Of a DNA stretch of 64,000 nt, positions 9,855 to 20,149 are shown in pieces. The position numbers were made by a program, and so were the translations under genes. The stretch comes from a virus. Its lineage: Duplodnaviria; Heunggongvirae; Uroviricota; Caudoviricetes. The stretch is taken from positions 82,407-146,406 of IMG/VR virus record IMGVR_UViG_3300012269_000002, one strand, 5' to 3'. Within the stretch, counting starts at the first letter, position 1, and the number at the start of each line of letters is the position of its first letter. Below the pieces are notes generated by a model. It did no database searches, was not told the origin of the DNA, and saw only the letters and a list, made by a program, of their open reading frames with translations.

Positions 9855-10458
9855 GTCAGATTATAGATTAAGTGAATTAAATTTTGTAAAAAAAGAAACT
9901 AAAAAAAATAGAATAATTATAGGTAATTCATTCTCGACCAAAATGAATCATTTCATAGGTTGGACGACTAGGTGGTTTGGTAGTTACAATAAATGTGCGA
10001 ATTATACCGTTACGTTAAGTGGGGAAATTATAGAACACTTCCCACCTAAATATTATTCACAGTTTCTAAATAATTTAGAATTAAATAAAAAAAGTATATC
10101 GATAGTTTTAGAAAATGAGGGTTGGTTAGTGGATAACCCACTGAATAGTGGGCAATATGTTAACTATATTGGTGAAGTTTATGGTAGGGACGATAATGTG
10201 GTAGATAAAAAATGGAGGAATAAAAGATTTTGGGCACCGTACAGTATACCACAACTTGATTCAGCAACACTATTGGTTAGAAAATTATGTACGGACTTTA
10301 ATATACCAATAAATGTAATACCACATAATATAAGTTTCGATGAGCCCGATAGGTTTAGTGGGGTGTTATATAAGAGTAATTTTAAAAAATATTACTCAGA
10401 TGTAAGTCCAGCTTGGGATTTTATAAAATTTAAAGATAAAGTCGAAAATGATAAATAA
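9841..10458 (+). CDS. PGRP/amidase_2-fold protein (N-acetylmuramoyl-L-alanine amidase-like, catalytic residues uncertain)
   Basis: Weak similarity to the amidase_2 layout (SIVLENEGW, YIGEVYG...). The expected Zn-binding His in the first motif is not evident. Start chosen at the internal Met after the upstream stop. Confidence 0.35.
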   Translation: MIINKSDYRLSELNFVKKETKKNRIIIGNSFSTKMNHFIGWTTRWFGSYNKCANYTVTLSGEIIEHFPPKYYSQFLNNLELNKKSISIVLENEGWLVDNPLNSGQYVNYIGEVYGRDDNVVDKKWRNKRFWAPYSIPQLDSATLLVRKLCTDFNIPINVIPHNISFDEPDRFSGVLYKSNFKKYYSDVSPAWDFIKFKDKVENDK

Positions 10459-10507
10459 AATATTATGTTTTTACTTTACGTAATATTTATTAATAAATTC
10501 AAATACA

Positions 10508-10912
10508 ATGAGTAAAGAACATGAAGTAACCAAAACAATGCTAAATATCATAAGAGATAATGAAGCCAAGCGTAGAACATCCATTAACGAAAATGATAAT
10601 GATATAATCGATTTAACTGGTGAAGAATTAAAGGGTGAAGAAAAGAAGTTCATGGAGATAGTATATTCTGGGGTTAAATTCGGACCATATAAAATATACC
10701 CGAACAGTAGTAATGTTGTTTTCAGTGGAGAAATGGATAATGGTATCGAGTGGCAATTTTCAAAAGTTGATGGGGTTTATATTAACCTTCCAAACATTGA
10801 ATTGACCGATGAAATTGTTGAGTTAACTAAAAAATTAAAAGCTTATTTCGAAAATTGGGATATCGAATGGGGTAAAAAATTAAATACCGAATATAAATCA
10901 AATGATAGATAA
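10508..10912 (+). CDS. hypothetical protein
   Basis: ORF. Confidence 0.3.
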   Translation: MSKEHEVTKTMLNIIRDNEAKRRTSINENDNDIIDLTGEELKGEEKKFMEIVYSGVKFGPYKIYPNSSNVVFSGEMDNGIEWQFSKVDGVYINLPNIELTDEIVELTKKLKAYFENWDIEWGKKLNTEYKSNDR

Positions 10913-11267
10913 GGATAAAAATAAAAATATATTAATACTCGTACTAATTTTATTTTTAGTGGGGTTTATTGTATTTGGTGGTAGAACTATAAAGTTAAAG
11001 ACAAGTGAATTAAAAGAGCTTAATTTAAAAAATGGTTTATTAGTTAAAAAAAACGATAGTATTATTTCCATCAACATCAACTTAGATAAGGAGATACAAT
11101 CGATTAATAAAGTTATAAAGGTTAAGGAAGATTCATTAACACTCGTAACAAATAAAATAAAAATCTTAGAAAATGGAAAAAATAAAGTGGGTTCTTTTGT
11201 TGGTGGTCTTGATATTAACGGTGTCGATAGGGCACTCACAGAATATCTCGAAACAAGACAGGATTAG
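10902..11267 (+). CDS. hypothetical membrane-anchored protein
   Basis: N-terminal TM helix. Its 3' end overlaps the next ORF and may be read-through. Confidence 0.25.
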   Translation: MIDKDKNKNILILVLILFLVGFIVFGGRTIKLKTSELKELNLKNGLLVKKNDSIISININLDKEIQSINKVIKVKEDSLTLVTNKIKILENGKNKVGSFVGGLDINGVDRALTEYLETRQD

Positions 11268-11643
11268 TATATTTATAAATTCAGAAGGTGACACCATCAC
11301 CAGCATGTATTTTAGTGATAGTAAAATTTTATTGGAGGATGTTTTAAAATACAAGTTTGCCGATAGTATGATTGTGGAGTATAAAAAAAGTAGTCTTATT
11401 AATAAAGATATTATCTCCAATCAAAAAAGTAAAATAAACCTACTTAAAACCAAAAACAACAATCTAGATAAGGTAAATACCAATCTAAATCTATTGGTTA
11501 CCAATAAGGAAGAAGAGTTTATTATTTTAAAAACTACAATCGAGGCGCAAAGGAAAGAAATAAAACGTCAAAAGAGACAAAAAGTTTTCGGATTTATAGG
11601 TTCTGGTGTACTGATTGTTACTGGTGTACTAATATCTAACTAA
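11173..11643 (+). CDS. hypothetical secreted/membrane coiled-coil protein (signal peptide, C-terminal TM)
   Basis: MEKIKWVLLLVVLILTVSIGHSQ is a signal-like N-terminus. There is a C-terminal hydrophobic segment. Confidence 0.35.
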   Translation: MEKIKWVLLLVVLILTVSIGHSQNISKQDRISIFINSEGDTITSMYFSDSKILLEDVLKYKFADSMIVEYKKSSLINKDIISNQKSKINLLKTKNNNLDKVNTNLNLLVTNKEEEFIILKTTIEAQRKEIKRQKRQKVFGFIGSGVLIVTGVLISN

Positions 11644-11871
11644 ATGAAAATATCTTACAAGGGTGATTCGGAGGGGTTAAGAATATATTTTAACGGTATA
11701 TTACAGTTAAGAATCCCAAGAAATAAAGATGTAATACTTCATAGTTGGTTAAAAACGGACACTAAATTATTTTATATAGAAATAAAATTTCCGAATAATT
11801 CAATTATAGTTGAATATGAAGATAAAAATACTTGGGAAGAAGTATTAAGGTTATTAAATAAAAATATATGA
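11644..11871 (+). CDS. hypothetical protein
   Basis: ORF. Confidence 0.3.
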   Translation: MKISYKGDSEGLRIYFNGILQLRIPRNKDVILHSWLKTDTKLFYIEIKFPNNSIIVEYEDKNTWEEVLRLLNKNI

Positions 11872-12269
11872 GGTTACCAAAAAATATAGAATTAAAGCAA
11901 CAAAATAGGTGGGTTATTGAATTTAAAAATAACAAAGAAATAAAAGAGTGGTATTTAATTTCAGCTGAAAGACCAAAGTTTAAAAGTTACTTTATTAATT
12001 TCTTAGGTTATAAAACATATGATATAGATTTAGTATTTAGAGAATCCGTTGATATTAAATTATCAAAAATACTATTAGACTTATTTAAGTATAATACCAA
12101 AATCGATTTTGATATCATAATGTTAGACGGTTATGGTGAACCATTAGAAAAATGGGTTATAGAGAAAAGTGTGATTACTCAGATAGATTTTGGCTCAGTA
12201 AATTATTTTAATGATGATGCAACTGAAATAACAGCCACCTTTAGACCTAAGAGAATCAAAATAGAGTAA
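11868..12269 (+). CDS. hypothetical protein
   Basis: ORF followed by a weak terminator-like hairpin. Confidence 0.3.
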   Translation: MRLPKNIELKQQNRWVIEFKNNKEIKEWYLISAERPKFKSYFINFLGYKTYDIDLVFRESVDIKLSKILLDLFKYNTKIDFDIIMLDGYGEPLEKWVIEKSVITQIDFGSVNYFNDDATEITATFRPKRIKIE

Positions 12270-12283
12270 ATAAAGATATTATA

Positions 12284-12308
12284 AAGACCCTTAACGGGCC
12301 TTTTTTGT
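12284..12308 (+). terminator. possible rho-independent terminator (weak stem plus T-run)
   Basis: agaccc ttaac gggcc followed by tttttt. The stem is imperfect. Confidence 0.3.
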
Positions 12309-12338
12309 TTTATCTAATATTTATTAATAAACTTAATT

Positions 12339-12593
12339 ATGAAAGATTTGATTAGACATAGATTAAATGAGAACGTCACTAAATCAGAGGTTAAAACCCA
12401 GATTGAGAAGTATGTCGATTCAAATGATTTCAAAAGTAAAATTGAATTGATAGTTAAGGATAGAATTAAGTCTGAGAAGATGTTAGAGGATAAAATTGTC
12501 GAGATTACAAAGAATGTTCTAACGCAATTATATAAGACATTGTGGACTAAGCGTGGCTTCTGGTCTTCCACATTATCAAACAAAAGCACATAA
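12339..12593 (+). CDS. hypothetical protein
   Basis: ORF. Confidence 0.25.
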   Translation: MKDLIRHRLNENVTKSEVKTQIEKYVDSNDFKSKIELIVKDRIKSEKMLEDKIVEITKNVLTQLYKTLWTKRGFWSSTLSNKST

Positions 12594-12594
12594 T

Positions 12595-14103
12595 ATGAAA
12601 AAAATTAGAATTAGTGAGAGACAAGCCAATATTCTTAAAAATATGGGTGAAGATGTCCCTAAGAATAAATCACTTAAAATTACCGAGGCACAATACAATA
12701 AGATTCTAGAAATGGAATCTATGGATTTAAAAACCGAGGATACGATAGCTGGTGTTAAAATGCCAGCAAACAAAGTTCCAAGTAAGGCCGTAAATAATGC
12801 TTTTGAAAGTGGTTTGGATAAAGGCGTTAAAAAAGATATAGGTAAACTATACGAAGAGTTCATTAATGAGCTTTATGGGGTAAATGAGGGTGGTGCTAGT
12901 AATACATATGAATCATTAATTAAATTAATGGAAGTTGCTGGCCTAATTGAAAACAATAAAATTAAAAAAGAGAAGTTCAATAACGATAAGACCAGAGTAA
13001 AAGAAGTTATTAGTCATGGACTTAATGAAATGATGAACGGTGGTTCACATTATAAGGTTATGGAAACAATCGAAAACAAATTAAACGAATATGGGGGTTA
13101 TCCAGCTGGTGCTGAGAATGATTCAAGCGCACCATGGAACCAACCAGACATGGAACCAGAAACTGACGAAGAATATTTAAAACCTTCGGAATACCCATTT
13201 GAAATGCTTCATTATAATGAAGAAAATGATGGATTTGCTTTATTTAAAAAAGATGGTAACTTATTCGTTCATATTGCCATGGAGCATGATGGTGAAATAC
13301 TAAATGATTTCTGTTCGGATGTTAATGGTATAGATGCCGAATGTATTAACAATTATATTAATTACGTAGCAACACAAGGTGACCTACAAATCGGATTAAA
13401 CCCATTCAAGGACATATTAGCAATAGTTAGACCAGAAAATAAAGATGAGATATTAAAATACTATGGTGACGATAAAAAATTGGTATCTATTTTAAACGGT
13501 GTAGATGAAGTAACTACTGCCGCATCTTCTGGTAGTTTTGAAGCTCCTTTGACTATGGGTAGTAAATTTAGGTCAAATGTTCCAGAAGAATTAGATGAGG
13601 TAACCACTACAACTTCAGTTGGTGGTGATAGTGGTACGTTCGCTTATGATGCGCCAGCTGGTAATAACAGTGATTTTTGGACTAAGGGTAATAAACTGAA
13701 TAAGAAAATGAATGAGAATATGGTAGGTCAATCCGAAGATAGAAATAAGTACACAATTCTTATGGATATGTATAAGAAGGCCAATCCAAATAATAAGTTA
13801 GTTCTAAAACCAAAATTAATGGCTGCTGCTAAAAAATTAGGGATATCTTTAGACCTTAGTGAAGATGCACAGAAAGATACACAATACCCAGGTGGTGGTT
13901 TTGTAGACTTTGATGACTGCGTTAAATTAAATAATAATAAAGTTGCTCAGAACGGTGGTTGCAATCAAGGTGATTCAGGCGTTGTTAAAGTTAAGGGTAG
14001 TTCTAATTCCGTGGTGGCTAAAGAAAATGTTTACGAAGCTATTGCCAAAAGAACTGGTAAGACAGTTGATGAGGTTAAAACTATAATAAGTAAAAGTAAG
14101 TAA
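12595..14103 (+). CDS. hypothetical protein (possibly virion-associated; Gly/Asn/Asp-rich)
   Basis: Long ORF. Start placed at MKKIRISERQ after the overlap with the upstream ORF. No enzymatic motif. Confidence 0.35.
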   Translation: MKKIRISERQANILKNMGEDVPKNKSLKITEAQYNKILEMESMDLKTEDTIAGVKMPANKVPSKAVNNAFESGLDKGVKKDIGKLYEEFINELYGVNEGGASNTYESLIKLMEVAGLIENNKIKKEKFNNDKTRVKEVISHGLNEMMNGGSHYKVMETIENKLNEYGGYPAGAENDSSAPWNQPDMEPETDEEYLKPSEYPFEMLHYNEENDGFALFKKDGNLFVHIAMEHDGEILNDFCSDVNGIDAECINNYINYVATQGDLQIGLNPFKDILAIVRPENKDEILKYYGDDKKLVSILNGVDEVTTAASSGSFEAPLTMGSKFRSNVPEELDEVTTTTSVGGDSGTFAYDAPAGNNSDFWTKGNKLNKKMNENMVGQSEDRNKYTILMDMYKKANPNNKLVLKPKLMAAAKKLGISLDLSEDAQKDTQYPGGGFVDFDDCVKLNNNKVAQNGGCNQGDSGVVKVKGSSNSVVAKENVYEAIAKRTGKTVDEVKTIISKSK

Positions 14104-14146
14104 CTTTTAGTAAAAATATAATATTTATATAAAAACATTAATAATA

Positions 14147-15748
14147 ATGGATAAGAACATGATTAAAAAATATCTTAAAACTACTTTTTTAGCTGAGGAA
14201 AAAAAACATATTGGTTTAACTAGCACTGAAAAAGTACAAGCGGATAGTAAAAAGTTCAACAAAGAGTATCAATCTGAGGTCGGTAAGAAAATGACGGCTT
14301 ATGATAAAGCCAGCAAAAGCGATGAGAAGAAAAACTCAGAATCCGTAAAGAAATACGAAAACGATTCGGAACAAGAGGAATATCATGATGACTATGAAAT
14401 TCTAAATGGTCAAGAAATGATTAAATATGATAATGACCCTGGTGAAGTATTCAAGGAAAGGGCTATAAAATCTATTGAGGGTCATTCCAGTATGGGTAAT
14501 GGCCCAGGTGCAAACGCTGAAGCTACATGGGGGGCATCTAGCGATACTTTTGGTAAGGACCTAATAAAAAGGGTTAAATCAAGGGTCGATAAAGAATCCG
14601 ATGCTATGCAATATGATGGTATGGGTGATGTCGCAATCCCAAGAGGTAAAAATAAAAATAACAAACCAGTTGCCGTTTCTGAAAACGCACAAAAGAAAAC
14701 TATTAAGGAAGGTCTTTCTGAGAAAGGTCAATTAGTATTAGCTAAGTGGGTTGAACAATTAGGGGCAGATGAAGCTGCGGTTAAATTAATAGATAAAGTT
14801 AGTAATACTGGTATGGTTTCACACCTACCAGATTCAATGGCTTACGGTAACGGTGTTAACCTAGTTTCAAAATATTTAACAAGTGGTAAATATGATGCCG
14901 CATATAAATCAGCAAAAACAACCGCTAACAAAGTCGAAAAAGCTGCTGGTGGTGGTATGTTTGAAAATAAAATTAATGAAAATAAAACAGATAAAATGAA
15001 AAGACTTAAATTTAAAAAAGCGTTCAACGGAGTTGGTAATGCATTACAGTTAATACCAGAAGGTTACAAAGTGGATAAGAAAGAATTTCAAATGACCGAT
15101 GGTAATGAAAATTACGAAATAAGGTGGGAGGGAACAGTTAACGAAGGTAGGGCTGTAATTCTTAAAGCTGGTGATAAAACGATGATTAGTGAGAACATGG
15201 CACACATGAAACACCTAATGGGTTATAAATCACAAGATACCCTTGGGACTGTAAAAGGTTCTGCTAGGTTAGATGAAAATGCAAAATTTGCTGACGTATT
15301 TAATAAAACTAAAGCTCTTATAGAAAATATGGCATCTAAGGATGTTATTAATGAAAATGCTACTGGTGTTGCTGGAATGGGATTTGTTGCTGACAAACCT
15401 AATCCAAGTGAAGTTAAACCAGGTACTGAAAGCGGTCACGCTAACGCAGAAGGGCCAATGGTAATGGCAGAAGAAGATGAAGACTGTGATACAGAAGAAA
15501 AAGATAGGTTTGACGAGATATTTGAAGGTCTTGATGATGAAGATGATGTAAATGAAGGATTATCAGACGAACAAAGTAAAAAAATGGATACCGATAAAGA
15601 TGGTGACATTGACGGTGAAGATTTAAAAAATCTAAGAAAGGGTGGTGTTGACGAAAATGACAACCAATTGCCATCACCTCCAGATGAAATTCATTTTGAT
15701 AAAAATGACCCAAATAGTAAACCAAAAGACGTTTACAATAAAAAATAA
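14147..15748 (+). CDS. hypothetical acidic protein with C-terminal EF-hand-like Asp-rich loop (DTDKDGDIDGED)
   Basis: Long ORF. The C-terminal acidic region has a DxDxDGxI loop resembling a Ca-binding EF-hand. Strong terminator downstream. Confidence 0.35.
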   Translation: MDKNMIKKYLKTTFLAEEKKHIGLTSTEKVQADSKKFNKEYQSEVGKKMTAYDKASKSDEKKNSESVKKYENDSEQEEYHDDYEILNGQEMIKYDNDPGEVFKERAIKSIEGHSSMGNGPGANAEATWGASSDTFGKDLIKRVKSRVDKESDAMQYDGMGDVAIPRGKNKNNKPVAVSENAQKKTIKEGLSEKGQLVLAKWVEQLGADEAAVKLIDKVSNTGMVSHLPDSMAYGNGVNLVSKYLTSGKYDAAYKSAKTTANKVEKAAGGGMFENKINENKTDKMKRLKFKKAFNGVGNALQLIPEGYKVDKKEFQMTDGNENYEIRWEGTVNEGRAVILKAGDKTMISENMAHMKHLMGYKSQDTLGTVKGSARLDENAKFADVFNKTKALIENMASKDVINENATGVAGMGFVADKPNPSEVKPGTESGHANAEGPMVMAEEDEDCDTEEKDRFDEIFEGLDDEDDVNEGLSDEQSKKMDTDKDGDIDGEDLKNLRKGGVDENDNQLPSPPDEIHFDKNDPNSKPKDVYNKK

Positions 15749-15754
15749 AGAAAA

Positions 15755-15779
15755 TTCCCTAACTGGGGATTTTTTTTTG
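15755..15779 (+). terminator. rho-independent terminator
   Basis: tccc taactg ggga hairpin followed by nine T. Confidence 0.55.
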
Positions 15780-15807
15780 TTATATAGATATTTATAATAA
15801 AAAGGTT

Positions 15808-16686
15808 ATGTTATTAAGAATAGGTAGTAAAGGACCAAATGTAATACTTGTACAGGATTTTCTAGGTCTTAAACAAGATGGTGATTTTGGGCCAAATACT
15901 GATAGGGCTGTTAAAAAATGGCAAAGGAGTATGAATTTAAAGGCCGATGGTATTGTTGGTCCAAAGACTTGGAATATGATGGCGATTGCGACAACCGATG
16001 CCCGTGAATCAATTAATGTTTCAAATGTACAAATAGAAAAATATTATCTACCCGTTGGTGAATATGTAAAAGGACCCACTAAAAAGGAATATTTATTCAT
16101 ACATCACACCGCTGGTTGGGAGAACCCATATAATCAAGTAAATCAATGGGGTTCAGATAGAAGGGGAACAATAGCCACTGAATTTGTAATTGGTGGGCAA
16201 TCAGTTAAATCCGATGCTACCAATAAACATGATGGTACAATATTACAGGCTTTTCCAGAGGGTGGTTATGGTTGGCATTTGGGTAGAAATGGGTCCCAAT
16301 ATATGCACACACATTCAGTTGGGTTAGAAGTTTGTAATTTTGGGTTTTTAATCGATAAAAAAACATATGTGGGCACAGATGTTGCAGATAATCAAATCAC
16401 AACATTGAAGCAAGCATTTAGGGGTCATAAGGATTGGCATAAATATTCTGATAACCAAATAAAATCCTTAGGTAAATTAATAAAGTATGTTGGTGATAGA
16501 GATAATATCGATATTAGATGTGGTTTAATTTCCGAAATAAAGAAAAACGGTGTAAAGGGTTTTGAATATAATGAAAACGCTTTTTTCGGTAGGGTGAAGG
16601 GACTATGGAGCCACACAAACACCCGTAAAGATAAAACGGATATGTATCCTTGCCCTAGATTAATCGACATGCTACTGAGTTTATAA
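15808..16686 (+). CDS. endolysin: peptidoglycan-binding domain plus N-acetylmuramoyl-L-alanine amidase (amidase_2/PGRP)
   Basis: The N-terminus (GSKGPNVILVQDFLGLKQDGDFGPNTDRAVKKWQ ... DGIVGPKTW) is a PG_binding_1-like repeat. EYLFIHHTAG, GWHLGRNG and SVGLEVCNFG match amidase_2 motifs. Confidence 0.6.
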   Translation: MLLRIGSKGPNVILVQDFLGLKQDGDFGPNTDRAVKKWQRSMNLKADGIVGPKTWNMMAIATTDARESINVSNVQIEKYYLPVGEYVKGPTKKEYLFIHHTAGWENPYNQVNQWGSDRRGTIATEFVIGGQSVKSDATNKHDGTILQAFPEGGYGWHLGRNGSQYMHTHSVGLEVCNFGFLIDKKTYVGTDVADNQITTLKQAFRGHKDWHKYSDNQIKSLGKLIKYVGDRDNIDIRCGLISEIKKNGVKGFEYNENAFFGRVKGLWSHTNTRKDKTDMYPCPRLIDMLLSL

Positions 16687-16700
16687 AAAAATAAAATATT

Positions 16701-17156
16701 ATGTTAGACACTAATTTCAATAATTTACCAGTGAATGAAAATAGTTTGGCCATTGTATATAGTGCTAACGATATTGATTACGACTTAGTATCACTATTTA
16801 ATGATTTTTCACAATCGTTACTTATGTTAGTATTTGAAACTTACCTTGGGGATGACATAACATCAAGTGAGGATAAACTGAATCACTTCAACTGGTGTTG
16901 GTTACAAAATATTGAAAATTTTAAAAAGGAAGGTATTGTATTCAGTGAAAATACCACACTGCATGATTATTTTTTAGAATTTTTAATTAACTTTTTCTAT
17001 TTAATCGATAAGGAAAATGATTTAGAGGAAATTATAATGGCAATTAGGCTTATATGGACATCTATTTTTTCTTACGATAAAGTAAAAACCAACTTAGAAG
17101 TTGACAACTTCCTTAAAATCTACAAACTAATGGAAGAATCCTTAAAAAGTGTTTAA
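16701..17156 (+). CDS. hypothetical protein
   Basis: ORF. Confidence 0.3.
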   Translation: MLDTNFNNLPVNENSLAIVYSANDIDYDLVSLFNDFSQSLLMLVFETYLGDDITSSEDKLNHFNWCWLQNIENFKKEGIVFSENTTLHDYFLEFLINFFYLIDKENDLEEIIMAIRLIWTSIFSYDKVKTNLEVDNFLKIYKLMEESLKSV

Positions 17157-17217
17157 TAAATACATTTATGGTTGACTTTGTGGTTTATATTATTATATTT
17201 GTTTAATAATAATAATA

Positions 17218-17412
17218 ATGAGAAACCCTTTTACTGATAAAGAAAGAAAAATAATGGACCTACTTGTTGAGGCGCATAATGAATTCACGCTATTAGATAA
17301 AACACATACCTCAGAAATATCTGAGTGGTTAATTAATTTTCATAATTTACAACGTATATTAAGTAGTAGGGTATTACGTAGGGATTACCCTGAAACATTT
17401 ACATCAATATAA
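17218..17412 (+). CDS. hypothetical protein
   Basis: ORF. Confidence 0.25.
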   Translation: MRNPFTDKERKIMDLLVEAHNEFTLLDKTHTSEISEWLINFHNLQRILSSRVLRRDYPETFTSI

Positions 17413-17419
17413 TTAAAAA

Positions 17420-17662
17420 ATGAGAACAATAGGAATAGTTTTAAACGATTTGATTAATTCAAAATTAAAAGAAGAAGAATCTTTAGAAAGATTAATCAAC
17501 AGCACTGATAGTAATTTTACCGAAACTGTTAATAAAATTAAAATAACATTACGTGAAATATCTATATTGAACGAAATGATTACTACATGGCGAAGTTATA
17601 GTACTACACCTGAGAGTGATAATAATATTGGTCCTAATATGGACCCAAAAAATAATAATTAA
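17420..17662 (+). CDS. hypothetical protein
   Basis: ORF. Confidence 0.25.
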   Translation: MRTIGIVLNDLINSKLKEEESLERLINSTDSNFTETVNKIKITLREISILNEMITTWRSYSTTPESDNNIGPNMDPKNNN

Positions 17663-17665
17663 AAA

Positions 17666-17840
17666 TATGGAAAATTATAATAAATTAAAAGTTTTAGTCG
17701 AATCTATCGGTGATGATATAATTAAATTCGATGAAAAAGGGAATAGTACGGCTGGTACTAGAGTAAGGGTTGCAATGCAAGCCATAAAGAAATTGGCCCA
17801 AGAAATTAGGGTAGAGATTTCAGAAAAGAAAAAAGGATAA
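17666..17840 (+). CDS. small basic DNA-binding protein, bacterial histone H1-like (Hc1-like) family candidate
   Basis: KGNSTAGTRVRVAMQAIKKLAQEIR resembles the ...KGNKAAGTRARKAL..LKKLA motif of bacterial histone-H1-like proteins. Start taken at the internal Met (MENYNKLK). Confidence 0.4.
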
Positions 17841-17843
17841 GGT

Positions 17844-18059
17844 ATGTTAGTCGATATAATTAATAAAATATTACTTATCATATTATTTATGTGTATGTTG
17901 AACGTATTTAGACACGCCTATTACTTTATACAAGCTTGGTTTAAATCAAATACTGAAAACTCACAAAAATATAGATTAACGAATAAATCACTATGGATTC
18001 TATCATTATCGATAGCTTATTTATTGAGTTCGATATTTAATGGTCTATTTTTAAATTAA
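17844..18059 (+). CDS. small membrane protein
   Basis: Two predicted TM segments. Confidence 0.3.
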   Translation: MLVDIINKILLIILFMCMLNVFRHAYYFIQAWFKSNTENSQKYRLTNKSLWILSLSIAYLLSSIFNGLFLN

Positions 18060-18068
18060 AAAAGTTTT

Positions 18069-18713
18069 ATGTCAAAAATACAAGAAAAATTAGATTCACT
18101 ACAACCCTATGTAAACGGTGTTAGGTATATACAAGGTATGCAAATAGTAGATGCGGTATTCAAGGAAAATTGGACCGTACCTAATTCTGAGATTATTGGA
18201 AAGGAATTAGTTGATAAGGAACAGAATTATTATATGTTCTTTAGTGATAAAGAAGGTATGACGTTCGATGACTTACTTGATTACGTTGAAAATATAATCA
18301 AGATTAATATTGAAAGGGAGAAAAAACACGAATTATTAAAAGAAAAGGTTAAGGAATTACAAGCGATGTTTAAAACAACATCTTTAACCAAGTTAAATAG
18401 ATTGGTATTTTCTTTTTCCGATGAAGATATCTCACCATCATTAATGGAAATAGATTTTGATGACGATTTCAATAATGCGGTCGATATTAAACCAGAACCA
18501 AAATCGGTAAGCGTAAGGGAACAAGTCGATAATGTAGTACAAACCAATAACTCTACAACAATAGTTACATCAAGTGGTCAAAGTATCGAATTACCACCAA
18601 AAGCCGAAGTGGTCGATGAACAATATGAAGAATATGACGATTTACCTATAGCTAAAAAAGATAGGAATTGTGAATGTGCTGAACACGAGGCATGCTCAAT
18701 ATGTTTAGGATAA
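18069..18713 (+). CDS. hypothetical protein with C-terminal Cys cluster (CECAEHEACSIC)
   Basis: ORF followed by a strong bidirectional terminator. Confidence 0.35.
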   Translation: MSKIQEKLDSLQPYVNGVRYIQGMQIVDAVFKENWTVPNSEIIGKELVDKEQNYYMFFSDKEGMTFDDLLDYVENIIKINIEREKKHELLKEKVKELQAMFKTTSLTKLNRLVFSFSDEDISPSLMEIDFDDDFNNAVDIKPEPKSVSVREQVDNVVQTNNSTTIVTSSGQSIELPPKAEVVDEQYEEYDDLPIAKKDRNCECAEHEACSICLG

Positions 18714-18742
18714 AAAAAAGCCCCGTTTAGGGGCTTTTTATA
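18712..18742. terminator. bidirectional rho-independent terminator between convergent genes
   Basis: agcccc gttta ggggct hairpin flanked by an A-run and a T-run. The genes at 18069 (+) and 18738 (-) converge here. Confidence 0.65.
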
Positions 18743-19079
18743 CTTCTATTCTTTCCTGTATCGTATGTACTAACCAAACACTACCCGAAGCTAAACACGC
18801 ATCAAAAAATAGGGCCAGATACTCACCATCGATAACGAAATCAAATAAGAGTAAGTTCTGGGTCATTTCACTTTCCATTGTTGGTGAATATAAAACGTAT
18901 GATAGGATTACACCCCACCAAAACGATAAACACATAAAACAACCAAATAATTTACCAATAAAATGTTCCTTTTCTCTATTAACTCCCATAATTTTTCTAA
19001 AACCACTAAATATCGAACCATAAATCATAATGTTCGTTGCACCGTAAGCTGTTAGAATAAAAATAAATAATTCAACCAT
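18738..19079 (-). CDS. small membrane protein (DUF1360-like CxxC..W motif)
   Basis: One of few minus-strand genes. TM helices and an FGCFMCLSFWWG motif reminiscent of DUF1360. Confidence 0.35.
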   Translation of the reverse strand: MVELFIFILTAYGATNIMIYGSIFSGFRKIMGVNREKEHFIGKLFGCFMCLSFWWGVILSYVLYSPTMESEMTQNLLLFDFVIDGEYLALFFDACLASGSVWLVHTIQERIEV

Positions 19080-19137
19080 AATCTTTAATTTTACTCAAAT
19101 ATACATATATTAACCGAATAAATCAATATTTATTAAT

Positions 19138-19575
19138 ATGAAAGATATTATTAAAAACAAAGTTAGGACCTATTTAACCGAAAATGGTAAACAAAAAAAT
19201 AATTTAGTCGGTGGGGTACTGATTAAGTGTAGTAAGACAAATAAACTATTGTTACTATTGAGAAACGATGGTAATAAGGAAGAAAAATGGTCTTTTGTGA
19301 CTGGTGGTATAGATTCTGGAGAAAGTGTCTTAGATGGTCTTAAAAGAGAGGTGAGTGAGGAAATAGGCGTTGACCCAGACATAATTAAATATAAGTTCAT
19401 AGATACCTTCGATATTGATAATAATAAGGTTCTACACTACTATGAGGGATTGGTAGATGAAGAGTTCGAGGCTAAAATAAATTTTGAACATCACGAATAT
19501 GGGTGGTTCGGGGTTGATGATTTACCGTCACCACTATTCAAGGGAACTAAAGAAAAAATAAATAACCATGGATAA
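19138..19575 (+). CDS. NUDIX hydrolase
   Basis: Nudix box GGIDSGESVLDGLKREVSEEIGV (GX5EX7REUXEEXGU). Confidence 0.7.
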   Translation: MKDIIKNKVRTYLTENGKQKNNLVGGVLIKCSKTNKLLLLLRNDGNKEEKWSFVTGGIDSGESVLDGLKREVSEEIGVDPDIIKYKFIDTFDIDNNKVLHYYEGLVDEEFEAKINFEHHEYGWFGVDDLPSPLFKGTKEKINNHG

Positions 19576-19885
19576 AAATCGTATAATATCGCTTGAGGAA
19601 GTTTTGACTAAATTCAAAACACATAATGATGAATTCATAAGTGAAATCAACCGTGAGGAAGATGTGGAAAATTTGGGTTCTATAAATTCTATACAACAAA
19701 ACATCAGTAATGATATTAAAAGTATAAAATATAGCACAGATTTAAAAAAGAGTAGTTTTATAAACGAACTTAAATCTGGCCTGGGTGAGGAAGTTAAAAA
19801 GAACCCCAATAAGATAACCAAGATTGAAAAAACGTGGTATCAAAAATTTTCATTACAAATAAAAAATATTTTTACAAGGTTTTAA
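19568..19885 (+). CDS. hypothetical protein
   Basis: ORF. Confidence 0.3.
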   Translation: MDKNRIISLEEVLTKFKTHNDEFISEINREEDVENLGSINSIQQNISNDIKSIKYSTDLKKSSFINELKSGLGEEVKKNPNKITKIEKTWYQKFSLQIKNIFTRF

Positions 19886-19886
19886 T

Positions 19887-20111
19887 ATGAAATACGAACA
19901 ATTGATAGAAAGCATATCGGAGATATTCGATAATGACAAAATATACAAGAAAGGTCTAACATTGGTATATGAACTCGATGAAAAAATACATGAAAAGATG
20001 GATGAACATCTTTTCTATAAGGCCAACCCAAGTAATACTAAATTTACCCATAGGGATATGGTAGAGGTGGTCATAGGTGATATAAATGTTAAATTTATAA
20101 AAAAAATATAA
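19887..20111 (+). CDS. hypothetical protein
   Basis: ORF. Confidence 0.3.
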   Translation: MKYEQLIESISEIFDNDKIYKKGLTLVYELDEKIHEKMDEHLFYKANPSNTKFTHRDMVEVVIGDINVKFIKKI

Positions 20112-20149
20112 TAATACTTGCATCATTAAAATATTATTAGTATTATTGT

